Shown here piece by piece: positions 38,761 through 51,188 of a DNA stretch of 64,000 nucleotides. A program made the translations under genes and the position numbers. This stretch comes from Raillietiella orientalis (lineage: Eukaryota): NCBI GenBank assembly GCA_036172245.1, contig JAYWIR010000040.1, forward strand, positions 682,001-746,000, given 5' to 3'. Within the stretch, counting starts at the first letter, position 1. Each line of letters starts with the position of its first letter. The notes under the pieces are model-generated. The model made no database searches. It was not told the origin of the DNA and saw only the letters and a list, made by a program, of their open reading frames with translations.

Positions 38761-40458
38761 GGCAAAGGCGGAAGCGGGAGAAGATGGGAGGGAGGAGGCA
38801 AGAGCGGTAGCGAAAGGATGGACTCGAGAAAGCGGATGAACTCGGGCAGACGTTCAATTCCCGTCGGCATTCCGAGCTGGGGAGCAAATCAGGTGACTAA
38901 AGAAGAAGAACGTTCTGAGGAGAGAACAAAAAACTCCTCCTGTTACCACCTAATTGGCTGCATCACGTGGCTGCGGATCCACGCGCGTTCCGCCCCGGAA
39001 GCTCGGACGAAGGAACACCTCCGCCGCCGGACTGCTTTCAGGAATCAGCTGGGCGGGAGGCCACTCTTCTTGCAGCTCTTAATTTGCGCGCTCGCAAGCG
39101 ATTAAAAGCCTCTGCGCGGCTCGGGTGCCGACCGCCAAGTCGCGCGAGGGCCGCTGGGCGCGCTGATGAGGCGGAACCGAGGGGAACGTCAAAATTCCCT
39201 CTGCTTGTTGATGGGGCGAAGTGTGGGGCACGCGAGCGCGAGCGCTGGGGACTTCCCGGCGTCCAGTCCGGCGCGCCGGCGGACGTCCGGAAAGGACCAC
39301 AAAGTGCGCGTGAGCCGTTTTGCGTATCAGCCGGCGACGAAGAAGGAGGGGGCGAAAGGAAAGCAAGACGGGGAAGGCCTGCGGAGTGAGAACGAGCGAG
39401 GGGTCCGGGGGTGCTACGCGAGGCGACTGATCTTCATGGGTCCAGACGACAACGGGAGTTTCGTGCGAAACGTCGCGTCCGGGGGGAGAGGGGGGATCAC
39501 GAACGCACGCGAAAGGACGGTGAAACTCCGTCATCGCGGAGAGCAGAGTGCTGCAGCCCCGTTAGGGAGGTGACGGACGAGATCGGCGTGGAGATCACAG
39601 AAGAGCACCGATAAAGGAGGAAAGGGAAGGGGAACACAAGTAGGAATCACTTCACATGATCTGAGGAACTGGATATCTCAAGCGGATGGCGCACTCTCTC
39701 GGGTCGAGATGGGAAAACGGATGTGCGAGACGATGAGCGCACGAAGGGGAGCGGCACGTCCCGACTGGAGAGCTCCAGGCCTTCGGAAAGTCGCTGACGA
39801 GAGAAAAAAAGAAGGAAAACAACCCCGTCATGCGGGCGCATGGGCGGCGTCCTCCAATTTGTCTCTTGGGGACGCGCGCGCTGCCTCAGGAGGAAGCCCA
39901 GCGCGCGCGTCATGCCGTGGAGGAAGGGGAGACTCTGCACCCTCCCTTCCTCCACCCAAGCAAACCGGAAAACCACTTTCCGTCTCAGAGATGAAAAGTC
40001 GCTCTCCCTAATGAGATTCCGGCTTTAGACGCTCTCTTTCCCCTGCCGGGTCCTCGCCTCCTGGAACAGCAAGAGAGAGGCTCTTCTGGAGAATTGTCTG
40101 CTGCCACGAACAGGTGGTTGAGCAGACTACTCGGCTCCAAACAGATCTCCCCCTCCCCCCGCCTTTCCAACTGACCTCAAGTGGTCGACCGGCATGCCAC
40201 TCGGTCCGCGGGATGGATGGCACTAGAAGTCATCACCTCGGAAGCGCAGGAACCTGGCATCACGTTTATTTGGAGATCACGCAGCAGACTGGTGCCAGGG
40301 AAACGCCGCATAGCCTGTCGGCCTCTTTCTGGAACTGCGCCGACGACGGCGGAAGTTCCGGAAATGATGGAGCGGCGGGCTGCCCTGTTCCAAATGATGC
40401 GGCGTGGCTGCGAGGCCGATGAACCGGAAGGCACCGTGTCTCGGAGACCCGGCAAGCG

Positions 40459-40692
40459 TCACAGCAGGACACACCGTTCCAGGTGGCTCTTCCTGTCAGC
40501 TTTCGGCATCCGACCCGCACCGTACCGTTCTACGGACTTGCTCTTCTGCTGCACCAAGCGCCTGCCCTTGTTGATCTTCCCGAACGAAGCGAGGACGGCG
40601 ATCTCGAATACCTCCCGGCACGACTTGGGCGAGACGCGCGCCGAGGTCTCGACGTAGGTGCAGGCGGAGATCTTGCGGCTCACTGCTACAGC
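40459..40692 (-). CDS. RND: Rnd-like GTPase last exon (G5, basic tail, CaaX)
   Basis: AAG acceptor after a 50 bp intron, AVAVSRKISACTYVETSARVSPKSCREVFEIAVLASFGK...SHLERCVLL then TGA. Confidence 0.93.
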   Translation of the reverse strand, partial: AVAVSRKISACTYVETSARVSPKSCREVFEIAVLASFGKINKGRRLVQQKSKSVERYGAGRMPKADRKSHLERCVLL

Positions 40693-40742
40693 CTTCGAGA
40701 GCCCATCTTTGAGAAGGGGGAAAGGAAAAGGCACCGGTTCAC

Positions 40743-40877
40743 CTGCTCAGGAGTCACGGGAGCCTTCTTGATCTTCGAGAGCCTGGATATCGTCTCCACG
40801 TCGTTCCTGCAGTCGCTCTGGCATCCGCAGAGCACGATGGGTGCGTTGCTGGAACACTCGCTGAGCTCCTGGTACCA
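40743..40877 (-). CDS. RND: Rnd-like GTPase exon 4 (G4, Rho insert), 135 bp
   Basis: TGCAG acceptor after a 52 bp intron, WYQELSECSSNAPIVLCGCQSDCRNDVETISRLSKIKKAPVTPEQ, GTGAA donor. Confidence 0.95.
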
Positions 40878-40929
40878 CTGCAATCAGCCGCTCAGTCGGG
40901 ACAGCAGTCCTCCCGGAGTCGCCTCTCAC

Positions 40930-41039
40930 CTTGTCGGTGACGCTGTCCATGGAGAGCGGATCGCCGATGGAGAAGCACAGGATGAACACCTTCGCGTCTT
41001 TGTACACCAACTGCCGCACCAGGTTCAGCCTGTTGGCTC
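40930..41039 (-). CDS. RND: Rnd-like GTPase exon 3, 110 bp
   Basis: AAG acceptor, (G)ANRLNLVRQLVYKDAKVFILCFSIGDPLSMDSVTDK, GTGAG donor. Phase matches exon 2 and it aligns without gaps to the Rho/Rnd switch II region. Confidence 0.93.
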
Positions 41040-41239
41040 CTTCCAAAGAAGGGAGAAAAAATGAGACGAGAGCGGGAACACGAGGTCGCGTAGTTGCTCG
41101 TGGATCCCGGGACCAGGGTTTTCTTGAGATACCGCGCTCTCTCGGGTAGAAACGGGAAAGCGGACGTGCGAGCCGGGGAGCGCTCGAAGGTGAGCAGCAT
41201 ATCCCGGCTGGAGAGCTCCAGGTCTTCATGAACGGCCCA

Positions 41240-41370
41240 GGGACCGCCCTATGAGTCCAGGAAGGGCTCCGGAGAAGGGAATCCGTTCCTCTCACGCCTA
41301 GGAGGGATCCTTGAAGGGAACCGCTCCTGTTTGCTCCTCCTCTGAAGAGAACCCCTAAGGGATGCCGATG
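41240..41370 (-). mobile_element. Internal fragment of the tRNA-headed repeat
   Basis: GGAATCCGTTCCTCTCACGCCT and CCTCTGAAG blocks match 47670-47880. Confidence 0.65.
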
Positions 41371-43520
41371 TCTTTTTCATCCGCGGCACCTTAGGGTGCT
41401 CAGCGAACATCCGGAAGTTCGAACTGGTGGAAGCGCGCGCGATCCCGTTCCTAGTCTGCGCTTTTCCTGTTCCCAAGGGGGAATCCGCAAGTCGTGATGG
41501 CGTTCCAGGATTTCCTCAAGATTTTCTTCGCTCCTTCCTTTTTGTTTATGCTTTTCGTGTGTGCCTCGCAGGATGCTCGAACGCCGGAGTTTTTCAAGAT
41601 GGAGTGCGCCGACAACAGTCGATTCGCGCGGCGGAACCGGAAAGAGAAACTTTGCGCGGTTGCGGCTGCACCAAAGGCGGCACAGTGGGCATCCAATCTC
41701 CCTTGACATCCACCACGATCCGTCGGCTACCCGGTTGTCACGTTAGCAGGACGACCAGACTTTGCACGAGGTTCCGATCGATCGAGGACTCGCTCTCAGA
41801 ACCGTCTCCGGGAATCTCCAAGGTAGCGGAGGTGCCCGCTGCCTCGAGGACTCTCACGAGCTCCGGCCCACGGGGAACGCCCTCTGCACTGCCATGCCTT
41901 GCAGTGTGCGGCGTGAGGCACACCTCCGCATCCTGCCCTGGGGACTGAACACGAGACTCTGGCGCGTTTCCGAAATCCCCAGGTCTCGAGGAAACGCGAA
42001 GTCACACCCGGGAACTACAGGCATGACGTAATCCTCTCCGAATGGCAACGCTGGAAAACGGGGAGATCCTGCTGGACGTGCGACTCCTGCCGGTTCTTTC
42101 TCTCTCCTTCTTCATTTTTCCTTCCGTCCGGCGTCCTTGCTCCTCCCGACCCCCCGGGACCCCCCTTTTCCTCCTCCGTTCTGCCCCAGATCACCACGTG
42201 AGCGTTCCTGCCGGCTTGCACGTATTCACTTGCCCCTCGTACCTGCCGAGAGTCGTTCAAACAGGGCGAGGTCCGCAGCGGATGAGGTGCGCGTCCGCCC
42301 TCGACTCCCTCGCGCGACGACGGAGCCTTCCCCGACTGCAAAGAGAACCCCCTTCGCGCTGTCGGGGACAGGTCGGGAGTTCCAAAGGAGGCAACCGATG
42401 CTTTCCTTATGGAGGAGGAGTTCTGGATCTATGCGTGCGCGCGCACGCGAAGGCGCCCAGCTCCGAAAGCGACGGCGAGACCGGGAGCGACGCGGAGGAT
42501 GACACATCCAGGCAGGTTTCTGGATGCGCTGGCGCTGGAGAGACAAGCGACTCCCCCCCCTTCCTTCCCAGGCGCAGAGAACGAAGAAGGCACGTCGGGA
42601 ACGCCTGGCATACCCGAAGGGCGACTCCGCAAGCATCATTCCCCCGTATCCCCGGGATGACAGGAAGTTGATTTCTCTTCCGGAGCTCTGTGGAGCGCCT
42701 GTGGCGTCGCCACAAGGCGCCTCTCCTCCGAGCTTGCGGAAGCGCGACCTCTCCGGCAGGGCCGGCTCGCTGGTGACCGCGGAAGCCGAGGGGCAAAAGC
42801 AAGAGTTGACCTTTCTCAGACATCCGAGGGAGCGAAGGAGGGAGGGATGAGGGAAAGCCCGAGAGAAATGAACTCCCCGAAGGAGCGTGAGTGTGCGAGC
42901 AATGAGCGGAACGGGATGGGGAAGGGAAGGAAGGAAAACAGGAGTTTCTAGAAAGCCAAGCTCTGCTCTGGGACCTCCGAGTGCGTAGGAGAATAGAGTA
43001 GTCATCCAAGGAACGGGCAGAGGAGGGGGTTTCCAAGCGTCCTTCTGGGATCTCTAGGGGAATTCTCGCTGTTGCATTTCCCCAGTCGCCCCTTTTATTC
43101 CCTATCCTCCCTGCCCACGCCCTGCTAGCACGGGGAAGGAAACGAAGATCGACTGCGCCAAACAGAGGACCTCGAGAAGTGATGATGCTGGAGCTTCTCT
43201 TTCCGCCAAGGGACGCCCTGATTGCCCTGCCGCCCTAGCATCCCGGCAAAAAGAGGCGAAGAAGGAGAATCTTTTTGGATCATTAAAGGGTCTGTTTCCT
43301 TCCGCGCGCCCTGCGGCGTCTGGCCGCTATCTTTAGGGGGCTTCCCGCGTCCCGCCAGCGTCCGCCCACAGGTTCTCGGCGTAGTCCGACGAGAGCTTCA
43401 TGATGTCAGCGCCCTTTGTCACAAGGGAGGAAGAGGGCGGGGAGAGGGAGTCGTCTTCTTCTTTCCGGCACCTCCTGTACCTTCCTCAGAAGAAGGCATT
43501 TAGCTTACAGCGTTTGCATC

Positions 43521-44290
43521 GCCCGCGTGGCCGCTCTCTCCGCAGGCGTGGCACCGAGTGGTTGCGGGTTCGAATCCCACCCGGGAAAGAATCGATGCCG
43601 AGAAACGAGGGTACGTCGTGGACTTCGATTCCCCCTCCCTCGCAGGATGGCGCTGATTGGCCCCAGTTGGCTTCGGGAGCGGCGCTGGAGGATAACCGGG
43701 TGCCCCCGTCGACTGGCCGGGATCGGAAGAGGACCCTACAGGATCCTTCCTAAAATCAAGGTCACCGTTCCCCTTCGGTTAGGAGAATGGAGCCACCTTC
43801 CATCGCGCACCATGGAGCTGGTTGACACCCCTTTCGGGTAGTCGCCCCTTCAGAGTGCAAAGAAGAGCACTGCTCCCTTGGGGGAGCGCCCTTCAGAGAT
43901 ATTGGGAAGCGTCGCTTCGGGATTTGCTTCAGAGGAGTTAACAAGGAACGGTACCCTCGCAGGTTCCGTCCGAGGAAGAAATGAGGAGGTCTCCGGAGAG
44001 AGTAGGGAAGTGGTTCGCTTCGAAATTCCCTCCGGAGACAACTGGAGCGAGAGTTTCCTTCGGGATTGCATACCAGGCGTGAGAGGAACGGATTCCTTCC
44101 CTCCGTGGGCTTCCTGGATGCATACAGGGTGGTTCTCTCCCGTGGTACCTCCAATAACTTGGAGAGTTGCGCGCATCCTCGGGTGGCGTCGACAGTGTCC
44201 TCAAGATCTTTGTGCGCTCCCTTAAGGAAGCGGGAGGTTCTTCAGCACTCCTTGAGAACCCGAAAAAGCAAACGAATAAACGAAGCGGAT
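43521..44290 (+). mobile_element. tRNA-headed SINE-like repeat (~770 bp), apparently full-length, empty LINE target site
   Basis: Head GCCCGCGTGGC...GCGGGTTCGAATCCCACCCGGGA (A-box-like, B-box 43567-43578). Body shared with 6 other loci; ends in CCTTGAGAACCCGAAAAAG plus A-rich tail. Confidence 0.8.
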
Positions 44291-47200
44291 TGGAAAGGAA
44301 GGATGCGCGCGAGAGAGATTCCTTTCGAGGGAGGAATCACTGCTAGCAGCATCCTTCCGCGCCCGAAGCGATTCGCTTGAATCGGGCTGTGAGTCACAGC
44401 GCAAATAAATCATCTGTGAGGATCCCCTTCGAAAGTGGGGAGCATCAATCGCGGATCCGCGCGTTCGGGGATCAAAGTGCACACCAGGTAGGCGGGAGCT
44501 CCCTTAGAACTTCGATTCCCGAGGGCGCAATGGCGGTCCACGAAACAGGTGCTAGTCGGAAAAGGGAAAAAGCGCTTCCTCGGTTGAGCCCATTCCTTCT
44601 CGGATGCTGTGAAGCTCAGGGCTAATGACGAATCCTACGCCGTGCTTTAATTTAGTTGACTTCTTCCTCTGCGCGGGGACAAAAGGGAATTTCGATCAAC
44701 GGCTCAGCTCCCCGCGTTTCTAAGGAAACCACCTCTCCCTTCCTCCCAGCTGTAATTCCCCCTTCTCAAAGGAGGAAAAAGGGAAGAGGGAGGGAGGGGG
44801 GGGGTGAACTCGGATGGTGTTTCACGACTTGCGCAGCTTCTTTTCCTCGCTTCGTACCACTCTTTCATGACGCGCCCGTCCACTCACGAAAGGCTGTCCC
44901 TCGTGGGGTCTTCGGCTGGAAAGGAATTCCGGCGCTCTTTGTGGCAGGACGGCGAAGAAGGCGCGTCATCTTAGAAGAATCCGATGACGCTGCGACAGCT
45001 GCGTTCCGCGATTGCGTCGGCAAGAAGCGTTCTCCCCGGTCTGAGGCGCGGAAACTGTTTGCAATGCCTCTCACGCTGGACGGAAGCAGACTCTCCTCGC
45101 AAAACTGAATTTCCATGGGAACCTCTCTCCGAAGATGTGGCATCGCGGCAAGCACTTTTTGCTCTTCTTCTTCTTGTTTTTTTTCTCTTTTTCAAGATTT
45201 GTGCATCCGCGATGCACGGTGAACGTCGTCGAAAAACGCGAATCCTCCGAACCAGCGCCTCCCGGGGCACAGACGGGCACTCACGATGATGCGGGCAAAA
45301 GAGACGTGTGCCTTCTCTCCCGAGTCTCATAATTTGTCTCTGATGCTGCGGATGGAATAATGGAACATCCGTGCTCCAACGAAACGGGAGGAGCCTCTCG
45401 AAAAAAAAAAAAATCCTTGCAGCTTTCTGGTCTTTGTCCCGATGGGACCGCGTGGAATGCGGAACGACTCTCTTGACGGTGGAGGATTCTCGCCGTTTCA
45501 AGCACTCTTGGAGAGAGCCATTCAGAACGGATGGCATGACCGTAAGTAGGGGTCCTGGATGCCTCAGGAAAACACACACACGTGTCAGTTGATTAAGTCG
45601 GACAGCTTGCAGTTCAGGCCCTTTGATGTTGGGGAGTCTTCAAAGATTCACCGATACGCCATCAGCCCCTTTCGTGCAGGTCACCGCTGCCGCAGCACAG
45701 TCGACGGAAATCGGAAGGCGCTCGCCGTCAACGGCGACTAGCCGGTGGACATGCAACGACATCGAGGAGAGGAAGGGGCCAAGCGGCGAGGAAGAGATTC
45801 GGCTCCCCGACATCCAGCAGCAATGAGGCGGACGGGAAACCTCCAGCCGCCATCCTCTCGGAGAGGAACCGTGGACCGTTCCGGAAGTTTCCGGAAGAGC
45901 CTGCCCACGTCGTCTCCGAGGTCGCGAATTGCGAATCAGCAGGAACCGTCCGTCCGACCCCGATCGCCGTAGCTGCAGGGCGAAGTGTCGCGGAAATCAA
46001 TCAGGGAAAGAACGAGGATCGCTGCTGCCTGGCAGAGACGCGCGCCGCCGCTGCCTGCATGCAAGAGCGCGCCAGGAGGCGCCCGCGCCGATTTCCCAGG
46101 GCCGCCGCGATCGCACGAAATCGGCTCCTCGGCGTACCCCGTCCCGTTCGCTCCTACCAAGTGGACATTTCCCGCTTTCCTGGGGCACTGTTGGGAAGTC
46201 GTATTTCCTCACTTCCGAGGGAGGATAAAGCGGTGCCAGTGGGTGCTCTCCGGAAGACCCACATCTGGGCGCTTCGGCGGTGGAAAGCTGGTCCCAGGAG
46301 GCAATCACAGGCGAGAGAGAACGGGAAGAATCTCTCGGGGAAGGAGGTGCGCGTCTGAAGGGGACGCCCGGCCTCTGAGGAAGCCACGGCCACTCCTGCT
46401 CCGAGTTCCTCCGCATGCCCTCGAGATCAACGCTTCTTCGCCTCCCCGACCTGTGCGTCCTGCGCGACCCCACAAGGTCCTCCTGCGGAGGGCTGCACAA
46501 AGGGATCTTGGGGAAGTGTCTCTGCGCCCGTGCCCAGGGTGTGCTCCGTGAAGCAAAAGGGAAGGGGAGCGCGCCTCGTGCGTGGAAGCACGTAAGCGAT
46601 GGCACACATCAGGCGACGGAAGCGAGAGCGCATGCGCGCCTAGAATCCTGTCCTTCACCTATCTCTCCCCCCCTTCCTCACGCACGGCATCGCCTCTGCA
46701 AGTGGCGACGGCGCATGCTCTGTGGGGGTCATCGCGACCGTTCTAGCAGCTGATGTGTGGGGAAGACAGAGCACCGCCGAGCATCAACGGTCTCTTCGGG
46801 TTTGCGAATAAGCAGCACGGACGGCCGCCTTTGCGAAGCGATAGGGTGTTCCGATCGATAGGGAGAAGCAGGGAGGGAAGGAACGGGCAGCGGTTCCTAA
46901 AAGCGTGGCTTTTCTTCCTTCCCGGGAGCTCTGGCTAAAAAAAAAAAATAAACGAATATTTCGGAAGGATAGTTGGGATTCCGCGGTGCCACGTCTGACC
47001 CTCCCGACTGTTGCCGCGTAGGAGACACTCAGCTCTGCCCAATACCCTCACCAGACGCTTTCTGCGGACGACTTTCGAACCCAGGTGGAAGAGTCGCCAA
47101 CTCTTCCCCGCCCCTTCCACTCTGGTGGCTTTTAACTGCAGCTGTTAAGCGCGCCGAAGAATGAGCGTCGCCGTCGATCCCGGGTCCACGGACACTCTCT

Positions 47201-47519
47201 CTTTCCCCGCTCCACTTCCTAACCTCAACGTATCGTCCGGGTTTTCCCCACAGCACGCGGGCCCCGGGGAATGAGGTAGAAGTGGGCATTAAGGAAAAAA
47301 AATGTCAGTAAAAAGGGCAAAAAAAAAATCCCGAGTGCTGACGGGAACAGACGTTGATAGGGAAAGCAGAAGACCAACAACCACAATCCCTGTTCCGTAG
47401 ACCGACTGAGGTTCCCAGGCAATCCGAGCGCTTCTCATGGATCAGCGGAGGAGGAAGGTGTGCGGTGTGTGTTTCAGAGAAAGACAAGAAGGAAAGAGAT
47501 GCCTTTTCCCCCCACTTTG

Positions 47520-48259
47520 CCTTCCGCTTTCTTTTTTGGGTTTCGCTAAGGACTCAAAGACAGCCTTGGAAGGGATGGCGGGGGAGGGGGGCACGAAACT
47601 TTTCCAACACTGTTGACGCCGTCCGAGGATGCGCGCGACTCTCCAAGTTATTGGAGGTACCACGGGAGAGAACCACCCTGTATGCATCCAGGAAGCCCAC
47701 GGAGGGAAGGAGTCCGTTCCTCTCACGCCTGGTATGCAATCCCGAAGGAAACTCTCGCTCCAGTTGTCTCCGAAGGGAGTTTCGAAGCGAACCACTTCCC
47801 TACTCTCTCCAGAGAGACCTCCTCATTTCTACCTCGGACGGAACCTGCGAGGGTACCGTTCCTTGTTAACTCCTCTGAAGCAAATCCCGAAGCGACGCTT
47901 CCCAATATCTCTGAAGGGCGCTCCCCCAAGGGAGCAGTGCTCTTCTTTGCACTCTGAAGGGGCGACTACCTGAAAGGGGTGTCAACCAGCTCCATGGTGC
48001 GCGATGGAAGGTGGCTCCATTCTCCTAACCGAAGGGGAACGGTGTCCTTGATTTTAGGAAGGATCCTGCAGGGTCCTCTTCCGATCCCGAACAGTCGACG
48101 GGGGCACCCGGTTATCCTCCAGCGCCGCTCCCGAAGCCAACTGGGGCCAATCAGCGCCATCCTGCGAGGGAGGGGGAATCGAAGTCCACGACGTACCCTC
48201 GTTTCTCGGCATCGATTCTTTCCCGGGTGGGATTCGAACCCGCAACCACTCGGTGCCAC
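47520..48259 (-). mobile_element. tRNA-headed repeat, inverted copy
   Basis: 47607-48259 is the near-exact reverse complement of 43548-44198; diverged homologous tail continues to about 47520. Confidence 0.85.
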
Positions 48260-49669
48260 AGGGCCGCCGTTTCTTCGTTTGTTGGGACACGGGGACTCCC
48301 CCTGACAACGTTGGACGGCCTGAAGTCTCCCGGAGAAAGCCGATGGAGGCGCATGTGCCAGAGCGTCACCGGCGTCGAGTGCCTGCCGTTTTTTTTTTCT
48401 CGGCAAAGCAAGGAGCTCGAAGCACATGCACCTGCTGCTAGTCCCGGTATGGGCGAACATCTTCCCAACGGCCACAGCTTGAGACAAGCAAACAGAATAG
48501 CAAACGTCTCCGCGAAAGCAATAAACGAAGAGGAAGCCGCTCCCAGGACGGGAGCACGGCGGAGTCGGCTGCGGATGGGCTGATGCAGCAGTCCCACGGC
48601 AGCTCGGAACGACCACCGTTTGGACCCATTTGTTCCACTGGAAACGTGGAAAACTGCTGTTTGCCTGAGAGGCCGCCCTTGCACGGGTGGGAACGACCAG
48701 AGGGGGATCCCTCTGGAGAGAGCAGCGTTTTCCCTTTCCAGAAAGGCGCCTCTGCTCCCACCGCAAAAAGAAAAAAAAGAACAGCTCTGCAGCCTCCTCG
48801 CGGCTGCAGCGGAGCCGTCTCCGTGAAGACGACGATCCCAATCAAGGTTTCCACAGAAACATCCCAGCAATTAATCACAAAGACACTTGACAAGTGTGTT
48901 TGTTTCCTGGAAACGGTTGTTGGCAGCTGGAGCATCGAAACGAGTATCCGAAGGGAAGTTTCATTTCTCTTCGACAATATTCTCGCCTCACGGGATGATT
49001 AATCTTTTGGAAACGGCTGCAGCATGAGGGCTGGCCGGCGCTTGGAAAAAATGAAAACAAAAAAAGCGTCCCTCGCGACTGGGATTTCCTCAAGCAACGC
49101 GCCTTTTTTGATTATCCTTTTCCTCTCCCGGCCCCCTCCTTTCCTGCTGCGGCGGCCTTCGTCTTCGCATGTATGCGATGCGGAACTTCCAGGAGCGACA
49201 TGGAGCTAAATGAACCCAAGCAGGGCTCGTTAGGCACCAGCGATCGGCAGAGAGCGGGAGATGCGGACAGCCGAGAGTCGGGATTCACGCGGTTGAATAT
49301 GCAGTGGTCGCAGCGTACCGCAGATCGTCAGCCTCTTAAACGGAGAACCGCTCCGTGGAAGGGAAGGCCTCGGTCTTCGCTACCGGCCGAAGGGAGCGTT
49401 CTCGCTTCCGGGAACGGCCAACGTTCGAAACGGAACGCGCGCAAAACCACACGAAGCCGAGCTCGGCCTCTGCGCCGCTCTCAGGAAACGCGCGAAGCTT
49501 GCGGACGTCCGCCCACTCCCGGCTTCGGATCCAGGGCTGGAAAATCTCCAGCTTTGTCTCAGCATCGTCGTCAAGGAAGACATCTCCCATACACACGCAC
49601 ACAACGACAAAGGAGGACACCACCCGCACATAGCAGGGAACGCTCCAGACCGTTGGTTGGCTCCCTTCC

Positions 49670-49950
49670 TCGTGTCCAGGGCAGTGAATTCAAAAGCGCC
49701 ATCGGCACAAGACACACATCCTCAGGAAAAGGCATCCCCACTTGTCTGCGAGGTCAATGAGAAGCCTTGGCAGCAGTTACTCATTGACCTTGGCTCCCGA
49801 CACGCTGAAAGAGGCGCTCCGACATTTAGACAGCTTCTTCAACGTTGCACAAGCGAGCATAGGTTATCTTGAAGGTTTCCTGGAGACCGCTCGTCACGTG
49901 GTTGTGGTTCAGCTGGTTGCACATGAACCAGCACGCTCGCTGTCTTCAGA
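49670..49950 (+). mobile_element. Non-LTR RT N-terminal fragment
   Basis: EFKSAI...LRHLDSFFNVAQASIGYLEGFLETARHVV resembles L..LFN....G..P..W..A.VV. Confidence 0.3.
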
Positions 49951-50329
49951 TACCATCGCGTCGCAAGGAATCGCAGGACCGACGACGACGGACCGGCCGC
50001 CGCCAAAGTCCCCTCCCGCATGCCTCGGAGGGGTTCCGTTCCCCGGCAACCTACTCCTCCTGAGCCGTGGCCGCCGCCGCCCTCCGAGCCGCGATCCCAC
50101 ACCGGCAGCCGGCCCGGGCGCGCCCGTGGCCGGGAGGGCGGAATAGCAAGAAGCGGCCGCGTCGCTTCCCGGGAAGCCAAGGAAGTAGACCGCCGGACGC
50201 GAAGCCGCGGGGCTAGCGGTCCCCATCAGGGGCGTGCCTCTGGCGCCCACCTCCAGCTTGGAGATGGCAACCGGTTGCGTCGGGGCGCCTCCCTTCAAAA
50301 TCACGCTGAGGAAGGGCTCCCGACCCCAC

Positions 50330-50620
50330 GACCGAACCAGGGACCCGCCGGCACGGAGTCCGGGAAGGGATCGCCGCTCCCGTTGCGGGGCGTCCTCTGC
50401 ATCCTTCCCAGGATGCCGGCGAGTGTTCCACCTCACGCCGCCCAGGCGGGGTCGCCCGGCCGCTGCCAGCGAATGGCGCGCCGGACGGCGGCCCCTCCGA
50501 ATCGACCTCTGTCGGCGCCGCTCCAGGCCCCTGGCATCCGCGGACAGGCAGCGTGCAGTCTCCGAGGAAGCGGTCACCCTACTTCGTGGGTCCGGTGGTG
50601 ATGCTGGCGGGCGCCTCGCG
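50330..50620 (-). mobile_element. L1/Tx1-like LINE 3' fragment
   Basis: GGCGTCCTCTGCATCCTTCCCAGGATGCCGGCGAG matches 28088 and 34000 onward. Confidence 0.6.
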
Positions 50621-50796
50621 GGAGACCCCAGCGCAGCAGCCGGAGCGCTGGCTGACACTTCAGAGAAAGGGCGGCGAGTCCGTCCGTCGTTATCGTGGGC
50701 AACACATCGAACCCCAGGCCGGATCTCCGGAAAGGGGAGCAGGTCGAGAGTCGTCGTGCCGGCCGCGCGCTCGGTCCGAAATACCCGGGAGGGGAC

Positions 50797-51188
50797 TCCG
50801 ACCTCCCGTCGATCCGAGCTGCTGGGCCCGTCCTTCCGGCGCGCGAGGACGCGCGACCTGCGGACTTCCCGAATTCGCCGCTTCGCAGTCGTCGTCGCCG
50901 CCCGTTGTGGGCCCCCGCGGACTTCCCCTCGGCAGACCTTCATGGAGCCGCGGCCGAAGCTGCTGCTCCTTCCGCCGCCCTCGAAAAGGCGCTGGCTGCA
51001 CAGGGTTCCCTGGAGAGCCCTTGCCCTTTCCCCGTCCAACTCGAAGGTGGAGGCAGAGCAGGAGGGAAAGATGGCGGTCCGGCCAGACTCTGCGCGGACG
51101 AACGCGATCTTCTCCTGTCAGGCTCCTTCGCCCATCTTTTTCCGGCCCGGCCAGAGGGTTCCGACCTCCCGTCGATCCGAGCTGCTGG
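50797..51188 (+). repeat. 29 bp exact direct repeat, 363 bp apart
   Basis: TCCGACCTCCCGTCGATCCGAGCTGCTGG at 50797-50825 and 51160-51188. Confidence 0.9.

Noticed and set aside
43521..43586. Functional tRNA gene
   Set aside because: B-box and partial acceptor stem are present, but there is no proper D or anticodon arm, and it is fused to a dispersed repeat body.
43689..43712. Ultra-short LINE insertion at the target site
   Set aside because: A homologous segment follows the TSD at about 35160-35187, so it is native host sequence.
44199..47606. Hidden Rnd exon between the inverted repeats (circRNA substrate)
   Set aside because: Exons 2 and 3 join in phase with no gap relative to Rho-family proteins.
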